Source: Chthoniobacteraceae bacterium
GTDB taxonomy: Bacteria > Verrucomicrobiota > Verrucomicrobiia > Chthoniobacterales > Chthoniobacteraceae
NCBI GenBank assembly: GCA_040081625.1
Contig: JBEBGD010000009.1
Coordinates: 36,686-100,685 of the forward strand
Direction: 5' to 3'
DNA: 64,000 bases
The notes beneath the pieces were generated by a model. The model searched no databases, was not told where the DNA came from, and saw nothing but the letters and a program-made list of their open reading frames with translations. A program made the translations under genes and the position numbers. Each line of letters opens with the position of its first letter. The stretch's first letter is position 1. Below, piece by piece: positions 28,001-36,079 of this stretch.

Positions 28001-28786
28001 GACCTGCTGCGCGTCCACGGCTACTTCGCGAATGAGCCCGGCCCGCCGCGCACCCTGCCGCGCCACGTCCGCGCTGACGAAACTACCTACACGATCGAGG
28101 CGCGCGCGCGCAGCTACCTCGCGGTGAACTGCGCCTACTGCCACCAGGCTGGCGGCACCGCCGGCGTCGCGCAGTGGGATGGCCGCCCCGAGCTGAGCCT
28201 CGCGCAGACCGGCCTCATCCACGGCGTGGCGACGAACAACGGCGGCAACCCGGCGAACCGACTCATCGTCCCCGGCGACGCCACGGGCAGCATCGTGCTC
28301 CAGCGCATCGCTGCGGCAAACGGCTTCACGCGGATGCCGCCGCTCGCGACGAGCGAGAACGACCAGGCCGGCATCGATCTCATCACGAACTGGATCGGCC
28401 ACGCCGACCTCGTGAACCGGCAGAGCTACACGCAGTGGCGGCTCGCGCAGTTCGGCTCGGCCATTTCGCCCGAGGGCGAACCCGGCGCGAACCCCGACGG
28501 CGACGCCTTCACAAATGAGCAGGAATTTCTGCTCGGCACGCTGCCGCTGAGCCCGAGCGCGACCGCCGCGCCGCAATTCGCGATGGACGCCTTCAACGTC
28601 AGCGTCACGATCGAGATCCCCGCCAACCGCGCCGCCCAAATGGAAGCCGCGACCGACCTGGACGCGTGGGCGCCGTGGGATGTGCCCGGCAACGACGCCC
28701 TCCCGCGCCCGCCCGGCCCCGCCACCTTCATCGGACCGCGCACGGGTCCCGCGCAGTTTTTCCGGCTGCGGGTTTGGGAGAACTGA
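25004..28786 (+). CDS. Large secreted multidomain protein: LamG, Ig-like, GSDH (PQQ sugar dehydrogenase-like) propeller, two CxxCH hemes
   Basis: LVHRWSFDE...YDEVRIYD (LamG); EQGLLGLAFHP, NHNGG, GFRNPWR (GSDH); CVSCH, CAYCH, RMPP; C-terminal FFRL. Start MHWIK. Confidence 0.8.
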   Translation: MHWIKIHVFRPLCAALLLVGAGPARAELVHRWSFDEPAGAVAAGTTFSDSISGAPATVVGINASASGAALTLPGSTSAATTPANSIPAYLDLPNGIISSKTNLTVEIWATPLATRSNQHLFDFGRMNIAGIGPGAAPGEVTNNSTTATGTTTPSDSLSLNISRGNVLNQNRLSGQINGGTAVQLDTTLTTATGTQYQYVVVFADNGAGGGRASWYRDGALIGSIDLAFRLADIEDVNNWLGRSQNSAFFVANVAYDEVRIYDHAFTPVEVASSRLLGPNPALPVAAADAITMRHGQKAGLAVLANDTSEVSARVVQAPLSGTAVAVSNGRILYTHTSGAPATDSFTYCAVNAAGESETTVTITFAASLRLPGPWTDVPANPPPTTYQQVDAFSPNITFTDPTCLATPPGETDRLFVCQKGGLLRVVPSISATPPTASTFMNLSALLASRGEAISTTSEQGLLGLAFHPNYAVNGFFYLFYSVTVGSSVYERVSRFNADATDPNLADTTSELVLIEQRDDAGNHNGGDLHFGPDGYLYVSLGDEGNQNDSLNNSQRITKDFLSAILRIDVDKRPGNLEPNANPNPAIYPTNPPPDAVKRDAGIARYSIPADNPFVPPTPGNPPGPWNGNFNGTAIPTADLPYVRSEFWAVGFRNPWRMSFDPATGELWVGDVGGDAREEVDVVTAGKNYGWAYREGFINGPKSASAPANFDAVYHTRPVYEYHHTVATGDPNFEGDSVTGGVVYRGSRLSNLVGAYIFADHVSGNVWSLRRNGAAAPTVERIFGSGGISAFGRDPSNGDVLIANLSTDRVRRLVGSAAPTAFPQTLGATGLFADLTDLAPNPGLVPYTVNLQFWSDHALKRRWFTLPVGLPGMTWSRDGLWDFSAGQFWVKHFDLELERGNPATAKRIETRLLVRNAAGVYGVSYRWDDAGTDATLVADEGVEFPLNVSVAGTPTVQTWRIPSRAQCVSCHTAQGGHALSFTTRQLNRDDNLQGAIGNTLDLLRVHGYFANEPGPPRTLPRHVRADETTYTIEARARSYLAVNCAYCHQAGGTAGVAQWDGRPELSLAQTGLIHGVATNNGGNPANRLIVPGDATGSIVLQRIAAANGFTRMPPLATSENDQAGIDLITNWIGHADLVNRQSYTQWRLAQFGSAISPEGEPGANPDGDAFTNEQEFLLGTLPLSPSATAAPQFAMDAFNVSVTIEIPANRAAQMEAATDLDAWAPWDVPGNDALPRPPGPATFIGPRTGPAQFFRLRVWEN

Positions 28787-28980
28787 AACCCGCGAACCGG
28801 GCTGCACATTTCGCCAGTTGATCTGTAGGCGGCCGGGGGGCGAAAAGATTCATCGCGCGCGGGCGCAGCGCGCTTCGAACTCGACTCCCCGATGAAGACT
28901 ACTCCGAAACTTTCCGTCTGCCTCGCGGCAGCCCTTCGCACCGTGCCGGTATTCATCAAAGACAGGTCACCGAACGCTCC

Positions 28981-30291
28981 ATGAAACACGCACTACTTTT
29001 CCTGACGCTCGCGGTCGTGTCGCGCGGCGCCGACACTGCGGACTGGCCGCAGTTTCGCGGCGCGCAAGCCGACGGCCTGGGCGTAGGCGCGACGCTGCCG
29101 GAGACGTGGAGCGTGACGGAGAACGTCGTTTGGAAGGCGTCCGTGCCGGGCTGGGGATGGTCGTCGCCCATCGTGTGGGGCGACAAGATCTTCGTGACCT
29201 CGGCGGTGGGTGAGACGGAGCTTCCGACGCCGCGCGTTGGCGGTTATCCGGGCGGGCATCTCACGATCGGGGAGACGCATCGGTGGATGCTTTACTGCCT
29301 CGACTTCGAGACGGGAAAAATCCTCTGGGAGTTCGAGGCGCACAAGGGCATCCCGCCGCAGCAGCGTCACCCGCGCAATTCCTTCGCCTCTGAGACGCCG
29401 GTCACCGATGGCGAGCGCGTCTATGCCTACTTCGCGAACATCGGCGTGTTCTGCTGCGACATGGACGGCAACAAAATCTGGGAACGGCGCTGGCCCAGCT
29501 ACCCGATGCGCGATGGCTGGAACTCGGGCACGTCGCCCGTGCTGCACGGCGGACGCGTTTTCATCCAGAACGACAACGATCAGGAGTCCTTCCTCGAAAC
29601 GCTCGACAAGCTCACCGGCACGACGCTGTGGCGCGTGTCGCGCGATGAGAAGAGCACGTGGTCCACTCCCTACGTTTGGGAAAACGGGACACGCACCGAG
29701 TTGGTGACCATCGGCACGAACAAGATTCGCTCCTATGCGCCGGAGGACGGTCGCGTGATCTGGGAACTGCGCGGCACGTCGGGGCTCGTCAGCCAGATCC
29801 CGATGTCGAAGCACGGGCTGCTCTACGTGGGCGCGGCTTACCACTATGGGCCGCTCTACGCCATCCGCCCCGGCGCGTCGGGCGACATCACGCTCGAAGG
29901 CGACGCGACGAGCAACCAATGGATCGCATGGTCGCAGAAGCGCGGATCGAGCATCCATCCGGGCTACCTGATCAGCGGCGATCGTCTCTTCGTTTGCTAC
30001 GATTCAGGACTGCTCGGTTGCTTCAACGCAAAGACGGGCACGGAGATCATCCCGCGCACGCGGCTGAACACGGGCGGCGGGCGCTTCTACGCGTCGCCGT
30101 GGGCTTACAACGGGCGCGTCTTCATGCTGAATGAAAACGGCGACACGTGGGTGATCGGAGACGGGCCGGAATTCAAACTGGTGCGCAAGAACTCGCTCGG
30201 CGATGTCGCGTGGGCCACGCCGGCCATCGCGCGCGGCAGTTTGTTCATCCGCACGTTTTCGTCGCTGTTCCGGCTCCAGGGCAAAAAGTAA
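28981..30291 (+). CDS. PQQ-binding-like beta-propeller repeat protein
   Basis: DWPQFRG, WSSPIVWGDKIF, ASETPVTDG, ATPAIARGSLFIRT. Confidence 0.85.
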   Translation: MKHALLFLTLAVVSRGADTADWPQFRGAQADGLGVGATLPETWSVTENVVWKASVPGWGWSSPIVWGDKIFVTSAVGETELPTPRVGGYPGGHLTIGETHRWMLYCLDFETGKILWEFEAHKGIPPQQRHPRNSFASETPVTDGERVYAYFANIGVFCCDMDGNKIWERRWPSYPMRDGWNSGTSPVLHGGRVFIQNDNDQESFLETLDKLTGTTLWRVSRDEKSTWSTPYVWENGTRTELVTIGTNKIRSYAPEDGRVIWELRGTSGLVSQIPMSKHGLLYVGAAYHYGPLYAIRPGASGDITLEGDATSNQWIAWSQKRGSSIHPGYLISGDRLFVCYDSGLLGCFNAKTGTEIIPRTRLNTGGGRFYASPWAYNGRVFMLNENGDTWVIGDGPEFKLVRKNSLGDVAWATPAIARGSLFIRTFSSLFRLQGKK

Positions 30292-30297
30292 CCCGTC

Positions 30298-30909
30298 ATG
30301 AATCTTTCTCGCATCTTCATCATCGGGGCGGGCGGCGCGATGCTGCTCCAGGCTCAAGAATCTCAAACGATCAAAGCGGTGAAGGACCGCTCCGAACGCG
30401 GCACCTTGAGCGATCAGCGTCAGATGGTCCGCGGCGACACTGGCAAATGGAGCGACAAATCCACGCTCCAGCACGCGCCGCCGCTCCGGCAGAAACCGCA
30501 GGGTGTGTCGCTCGACGACTGGGCGGATCAATTGGCGGAAAAGAATGTCGCCACAACGTCCGGCGACGACAACTGGCTCATCTTCCGCTCGCGCCAGCTC
30601 GACGACAACGACCGCGTGTGGATCGAGAAGATCGAGCGGCGCGGCAGCGAGTTCACCGTCGTGCTGCACGAGGCGATCTGGCAGGGGAACTACTTCAAGA
30701 CGTTCACGTATTACGAAGTCACCGCCGTGAATCTCGGCCCGCTGCCGCCGGGGAATTACTCGGTGAAGTGGCTGGTGAAACCGCTGACGTTTAAACAACT
30801 GGAGAAGCCCGCGCAGCCCAACCGGGACAACAAAGACAACTGGCCCATCGACGAGCAACCCGCTGCCGGGAAACCCGTCGGGTTGCGCGCCGCGTTTTCG
30901 GTCCGGTGA
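30298..30909 (+). CDS. Hypothetical, probably exported protein
   Basis: Hydrophobic N-terminus, typical codon usage, 6 nt after the upstream stop. Confidence 0.65.
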   Translation: MNLSRIFIIGAGGAMLLQAQESQTIKAVKDRSERGTLSDQRQMVRGDTGKWSDKSTLQHAPPLRQKPQGVSLDDWADQLAEKNVATTSGDDNWLIFRSRQLDDNDRVWIEKIERRGSEFTVVLHEAIWQGNYFKTFTYYEVTAVNLGPLPPGNYSVKWLVKPLTFKQLEKPAQPNRDNKDNWPIDEQPAAGKPVGLRAAFSVR

Positions 30910-30965
30910 GACTCGCCGCGGCGATCACGAAATGCGGCGTGGCGCTCGTCGCGCCGGCCGCCACG

Positions 30966-31814
30966 CTAGAGGCAGAGCGCGTCCTCCACGGCGCGCCGCA
31001 TGACGCCGGGGTCGGGGGTCGTGCCGGTCCAGTATTCGATGCTGACGACGCCCTGGTTCACGATCATCCCGAGGCCGTCGATGGCGCGGCAGCCGCGCGC
31101 CCCGGCATCGCGGATGAGGCGCGTGCGCGGAGGGCTGAAGATCACGTCGGCGACAACGAGGCCGGGGGCGAGCGTGGACTCGTCGAGCGGGATTCGCGCC
31201 TCGGCGTCGTAGAGGCCGATGGAGGTGCCGTTGATGAGGGCGTCCGTGCCGGAAGGGACGGCATAGTCGCCGAGCCACGGGACGAAATCGGCGGAGAGCT
31301 TCAGCTTCTCACGCAGGAGCGAGGCCAGGCCGGCGCCGCGCGCTTCGCCACGATTCACGACGGTGATGTGCTTCACGCCAGCGAGGCCGAGTTCGACGGC
31401 GATGGCGCGCGCCGCGCCGCCGGCACCGAGCAGGACGACGGATTTTCCGCGCGGATCGAGGACTTCGCCGAGCGACTTGAGAAATCCTTTGCCGTCGGTG
31501 TTTTCGCCGATGAGTCGATCGCCGCGGCGCACGACGCAATTGACCGCGCCCATGATCGCGGCGGATTCGCCAAGAGCGTCGAGGTGCTGGATCACGGCGA
31601 CCTTGTGCGGCATCGAGCAATTGAACCCGCGGAAGCCCATCGCCCGCGCACCGCGCACCGCGTCGGCGAGATCGGCGGGAGCGACTTCCATGTTCACGTA
31701 GCGCCAGTGCAGGCGGTGGTGCGCAAACGCGGCCTCGATCATCGCGACGGTCGGGTTGCCCGCCGCGCCTTGTGACATCGAGCCGACGAGCTCGTGGAGG
31801 AAGTTGGTGGTCAT
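30966..31814 (-). CDS. aroE: Shikimate dehydrogenase family
   Basis: SMPHK, GAVN, NTDG, GAGGAA, NR, GLGM. Confidence 0.85.
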   Translation of the reverse strand: MTTNFLHELVGSMSQGAAGNPTVAMIEAAFAHHRLHWRYVNMEVAPADLADAVRGARAMGFRGFNCSMPHKVAVIQHLDALGESAAIMGAVNCVVRRGDRLIGENTDGKGFLKSLGEVLDPRGKSVVLLGAGGAARAIAVELGLAGVKHITVVNRGEARGAGLASLLREKLKLSADFVPWLGDYAVPSGTDALINGTSIGLYDAEARIPLDESTLAPGLVVADVIFSPPRTRLIRDAGARGCRAIDGLGMIVNQGVVSIEYWTGTTPDPGVMRRAVEDALCL

Positions 31815-31844
31815 AGGTTGGGAGGGCGCGGGGCCGCGCCGCGA

Positions 31845-32852
31845 TCAGAACTGCGCGAGGAAGCGCTGATCGTTGTCGGTGAAGTAGCGGATGTCCGGCG
31901 TGCCGCTGAGGATCATCGCGAGCCGGTCGAGGCCGAAGCCAAAGGCGAAGCCGGTGAAGCGCTCGGGGTCGAAGGCGTGGTCGCCGCGCTTCGCGTTGAT
32001 CTGCTCGAAGACGGCCGGATCGACCATGCCGCAGCCGGCGATCTCCAGCCACTTGCCGCCGAGCGCGCCGGCCTTGATATCCACTTCGTAGCTCGGCTCG
32101 GTGAACGGGAAGAAATGCGGACGGAAGCGGAATTGCGCGTCGGGTCCGAACAGCTCGCGGAAGAAGAACTCGAGCGTTCCCTTCAAGTCCGCGACCGAGA
32201 CGCCCTCGGCGACGTAGAGCCCTTCCATCTGCGTGAACTGCGCGAGATGCGTCGCGTCGATCTCGTCGCGGCGATACGCGGCGCCGGGCGCGATGATGCG
32301 GATGGGCGGCGCGGTCTTCTCCATCGTGCGGATCTGCACCGTGCTCGTGTGCGTGCGGAGCAGGCGGCCGTCGGCGAAATAAAACGTGTCCTGCTCGTTG
32401 CGCGCGGGGTGGTCGGGCGGCGTGTTTAGCGCGTCGAAGCAATGCCACTCGGTCTCGATGTCCGGGCCGTCGGCGAGCGCGAATCCCATGCGACGGAAGA
32501 TGGCGATGGTGCGGTCGAGGAGTTGCGTGATCGGGTGCAGCGTGCCGGTGCGCGGCGCGGTGCCGGGGAGCGTCACGTCGATGCCGGCGAAGGCGGCCTT
32601 GTCCGCGTCGCCTTGCAGCGCGGCCTTGCGCTCATCGAGCGCGGCGGTCACGGCGGCGCGCACGTCGTTGAGCAGCTTGCCGAGGCGCGGCTTGTCCTCT
32701 TTCGACACGTCCTTCATGCCCTTGCTCACCGCGGTGAGGGTGCCGCTCTGGCCGAGGAAGCGCACGCGCAGTTGTTCGAGCGCGGTCTCGTCCGCCGCGG
32801 CGGTGATGGCGGCGAGGGCTTCGGTGCGGAGTAGTTCGAGTTGGGCGTCCAT
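31845..32852 (-). CDS. pheS: Phenylalanine-tRNA ligase alpha subunit
   Basis: FDALN..HPAR, LLRTHTS, FFPFTEPS, GFAFGFGLDRL. Confidence 0.97.
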   Translation of the reverse strand: MDAQLELLRTEALAAITAAADETALEQLRVRFLGQSGTLTAVSKGMKDVSKEDKPRLGKLLNDVRAAVTAALDERKAALQGDADKAAFAGIDVTLPGTAPRTGTLHPITQLLDRTIAIFRRMGFALADGPDIETEWHCFDALNTPPDHPARNEQDTFYFADGRLLRTHTSTVQIRTMEKTAPPIRIIAPGAAYRRDEIDATHLAQFTQMEGLYVAEGVSVADLKGTLEFFFRELFGPDAQFRFRPHFFPFTEPSYEVDIKAGALGGKWLEIAGCGMVDPAVFEQINAKRGDHAFDPERFTGFAFGFGLDRLAMILSGTPDIRYFTDNDQRFLAQF

Positions 32853-32925
32853 GGTCGGAGCGGGGGCGGGGAGATTGCCGCGCACGGGGAGCGGCGCAAG
32901 CGCGGGGTTGCAGCCGGGCGGAGCT

Positions 32926-33024
32926 TTCATTTTCTTTTTCTTGTTCTCTTTCTTGTTCGCCGCCACGTGCCCCATGCGGCGACCCGCCGCAGAAAAAGAA
33001 CAAGAACTCCAAACCGAAAATGAA
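32926..33024. repeat. Decayed hexamer-based (TTGTTC/GAACAA) inverted repeat
   Basis: Arms 32926-32958 and 32992-33024 are complementary at 25/33. The right arm contains the ATG at 33020. Confidence 0.65.
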
Positions 33025-33880
33025 CCAACCGCCACCGATGCCCCGGCACCTTCCGACGAATCGTCCGCCCGATGGCGGGTGGAAGAAGGCGCTCGGGTGG
33101 CTCGGGGCGATCGGGCTGCTCATCCTGAACTTCGGCGGCAAGCTGAAGTTCATCATCGCGCCGGTGCTGAAGTTCCTCCCGGTCATCCTCAAGTCCGGCG
33201 GCTCGATGCTGCTGATGATCGGCGTTTACACCGCGATGTGGGGCTGGAAATACGCGGTCGGTTTCGTCCTCCTGCTGCTGCTCCACGAGTGCGGGCACCT
33301 CGTGGCGGCGAAGCAGTTCGGGCTGAAGGTGAGCGCGCCGATGTTCATTCCGTTCATGGGCGCATTCATCGCGCTGAAGGAGGCGCCGCGGAATGCGTGG
33401 ATCGAGGCGTGGGTCGGCATCGGTGGGCCGTTGCTCGGCTCCGCGGCGGCGCTCGCCTGCCACGGTGCGGGCCTGGCGATGGATCTGCCGCTGCTTGTCG
33501 CGCTCGCGTGGACCGGCTACTGGCTGAATCTTTTCAATCTCACGCCCATCGGCCAGCTCGATGGCGGACGCATCGCCACCGCGCTCTCGCCGTGGCTGTG
33601 GATCCCGGGGCTGGGCGTGATGGGCTGGATGGCGTGGACGCGGCCGCAGAACTTCATCATCTGGCTGGTCATCCTGCTCTCGCTCCCGCGGATCTTCTCG
33701 CTCTTCCGCAAGCGCACGGACGAAGAGCAGCGCTTTTACGAGATCGAGCCGGCGCAGCGGTGGACGATGGGCGCGCTCTATTTCGGGCTGATCGCCGCGC
33801 TGGTCTTCGGCATGAACACGGCGGACTTGCAACTCAACAGCGTCCGCGCGCGCGGGACGCAACTCGCGAGCGCGCGTTGA
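33020..33880 (+). CDS. Site-2 protease (peptidase M50) family
   Basis: HECGH and NLFNLTPIGQLDGG. Confidence 0.9.
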   Translation: MNQPPPMPRHLPTNRPPDGGWKKALGWLGAIGLLILNFGGKLKFIIAPVLKFLPVILKSGGSMLLMIGVYTAMWGWKYAVGFVLLLLLHECGHLVAAKQFGLKVSAPMFIPFMGAFIALKEAPRNAWIEAWVGIGGPLLGSAAALACHGAGLAMDLPLLVALAWTGYWLNLFNLTPIGQLDGGRIATALSPWLWIPGLGVMGWMAWTRPQNFIIWLVILLSLPRIFSLFRKRTDEEQRFYEIEPAQRWTMGALYFGLIAALVFGMNTADLQLNSVRARGTQLASAR

Positions 33881-33932
33881 TTCGCGCCTTGCGCTGCGGC
33901 GCGCCCCCGCAATCCTCTGCGCCCTTCCGCGA

Positions 33933-35180
33933 ATGACCGATCGCAAGCGCACGCTCCATCTCATCTTCTGGACCATCTTCATCAACATGGTCGGCTTCGG
34001 CATCGTCATCCCGGTGCTGCCGATCTATGCGAAGTCGGAGCCGTTCATGATGAACCCGACCCAGCTCGGCTGGCTCGTGGGTGTCTTCTCGCTCGTGCAG
34101 CTTTTCTCCGGGCCGATCATCGGGAAGATCTCCGATCGCGTGGGGCGAAGGCCGGTGCTGCTCGTCAGCATCGTCGGCACGGCGGTTGGTTACTTCGTCA
34201 CCGGTGCGGCCTTCGCGCCGTGGATGCTTTTCCTCGGCCGCATCATCGACGGCGCGAGCGGCGGCAACATCGCGACCGCGCAGGCGTGCATCGCCGACGT
34301 GACGCCGCCCGAGGAGCGTTCGCGCGCGATGGGGCACATCGGCGCGGCGTTCGGGCTGGGCTTCATCCTCGGCCCGGCGATCGGCGGCGTGCTCAGCCAC
34401 TGGTCGCACGCGCTGCCGTTCTACTTTGCCGGAGCGCTCTCGGTGCTGAACGGGATCTTCGTCTATGCACGTCTGCCCGAGACGCTCACCGAGGAAAAGC
34501 GACTGCACCCCGCGGAGAAAGGGCCGATGGGCGAAGTGTTCGCGGAGGGGCGCGGGATGTTCATCGGCCTGCTGCTCGTCGCGACGCTGCTCACCACGAC
34601 GGGGTTCTCGTCCATCCATCTGCTCTTCGCGCTCTTTTGTCAGGACCACGCGGGCTACACACTCCAGCAGACCGGCTACGCCTTTGCGTATGTCGGATTC
34701 ATCGCGGTGCTCGTGCAGGGCGGCTTGTTGCGGCGCTTGCTTAAACGCGACGGCATGGAGAAACCGGTCGCGCTCACTGGCGCGGCCTTGCTCGCGCTGA
34801 GCCTGTGGTGGATGCCGCGCACGGGCAGCAATACCTCGTTCCTTTTGGTGAACGCCGTGATGGCGCTCGGCAACGGCCTGCTCGTGCCCACCCTCTCCGG
34901 CATGGCGTCGCGCCACGTCCACGGTCGGGCGCAGGGGCGTGTGCTCGGTCTTTCGCAAGGAGCCGGCGCACTCGGGCGATTCCTCGGCCCGGCACTCGCC
35001 GCGCTGCCGCTACCCGCGCTCTTTTCGGAAATGTCGCGCCCGCTGACCGGCGAGTTGCTCGCCAGCGTCAATCGTGGCTACACCACCGCCTTCACCGCCG
35101 CCGCCGCGATGCTGGTCGTCGCGTTCGTCGTCATCGCCGTGATGAAGCCGCTCGAGATCGAATCGCCCGCCGAAACCTGA
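33933..35180 (+). CDS. MFS transporter, TetA/DHA1-like
   Basis: GKISDRVGRRPVL and GFILGPAIGG. Confidence 0.9.
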   Translation: MTDRKRTLHLIFWTIFINMVGFGIVIPVLPIYAKSEPFMMNPTQLGWLVGVFSLVQLFSGPIIGKISDRVGRRPVLLVSIVGTAVGYFVTGAAFAPWMLFLGRIIDGASGGNIATAQACIADVTPPEERSRAMGHIGAAFGLGFILGPAIGGVLSHWSHALPFYFAGALSVLNGIFVYARLPETLTEEKRLHPAEKGPMGEVFAEGRGMFIGLLLVATLLTTTGFSSIHLLFALFCQDHAGYTLQQTGYAFAYVGFIAVLVQGGLLRRLLKRDGMEKPVALTGAALLALSLWWMPRTGSNTSFLLVNAVMALGNGLLVPTLSGMASRHVHGRAQGRVLGLSQGAGALGRFLGPALAALPLPALFSEMSRPLTGELLASVNRGYTTAFTAAAAMLVVAFVVIAVMKPLEIESPAET

Positions 35181-35206
35181 ACCCCAAAACCCGAAACCCG
35201 AAACCC
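35171..35206 (+). repeat. Heptamer tandem array (CGAAACC x5, degenerate)
   Basis: cgaaacc tgaaccc caaaacc cgaaacc cgaaacc; contains the MFS stop codon and abuts the next ATG. Confidence 0.75.
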
Positions 35207-36016
35207 ATGCCCATCCCACTCGAAGACTTTTTCAACGACATCGTCGGCAAAGCCATGCGCGGTCTCGGCCTCGCGGACAGCGCGGTCGCCGAAAAAGCCG
35301 GCGTGAGCGCCGCCGACGTGCAGAGCCTGCGCGAAGGCGCATGGAACGCAGCGACCGCGCGCAAGGTCGCGCCGGTGCTCGGCCTCGGTGCCGACGCGCT
35401 CGTGGGGCTCGGCGAGAAAACCTACCACCCAGCGGACGTGAAGCTCGACGGACTCGCGCAGTTCAACACGCCCTTCGAGGACATGACGGTGAACTCCTAC
35501 CTCGCGTGGGACGCCGCATCGAAGGAAGCCATCGCATTCGACACCGGCGCGGACTGCACCGGAATGCTCGACACGCTCGCGCAGCACGGCCTGAAGCTGA
35601 AGCTCATCCTGCTCACGCACACGCATGGCGACCACATCCTCGAACTCGACCGACTTCACGAGAAAACGGGCGCGCCCACCTTCGTCGGCGACCGCGAGCC
35701 GATCGACGGCGCGGAGTCCTTCGCCGCCGGGCGCACATGGTCGGTGGGAAGCTTGATGGTCGAGTCACTCCTGACTTGGGGCCACTCGAAGGGCGGCATC
35801 ACCTTCGTCATCCGCGGCCTCGCGAAGCCGGTCGCCGTGGTGGGCGACGCGATCTTCGCCGGCTCGATGGGTGGCGGCGGCGTGAGCTACGCCGATGCGC
35901 TGCGCACGAACCGCGAGGAAATCATGACGCTCCCCGACGACACGATCGTCTGCCCCGGCCACGGACCGCTGACGACGATCGGCGAGCAAAGACGGAACAA
36001 TCCGTTCTTCGCTTAA
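35207..36016 (+). CDS. MBL-fold metallo-hydrolase with N-terminal HTH-like domain
   Basis: THTHGDH, GHS, GDAIF, PGHGP; N-terminal KAMRGLGL..VAEKAGVS. Confidence 0.88.
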   Translation: MPIPLEDFFNDIVGKAMRGLGLADSAVAEKAGVSAADVQSLREGAWNAATARKVAPVLGLGADALVGLGEKTYHPADVKLDGLAQFNTPFEDMTVNSYLAWDAASKEAIAFDTGADCTGMLDTLAQHGLKLKLILLTHTHGDHILELDRLHEKTGAPTFVGDREPIDGAESFAAGRTWSVGSLMVESLLTWGHSKGGITFVIRGLAKPVAVVGDAIFAGSMGGGGVSYADALRTNREEIMTLPDDTIVCPGHGPLTTIGEQRRNNPFFA

Positions 36017-36079
36017 GCGCGCTCATCAAACGCTTTGCCACAGGGCGCAGAGGGGTTATCTGAACGCCATCCTCCGAGC

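Noticed and set aside
28892..28984. 30-codon ORF (MKTTPKLSVCLAAAL...) overlapping the next ATG
   Set aside because: Too short and has no independent support; may be a remnant or chance.
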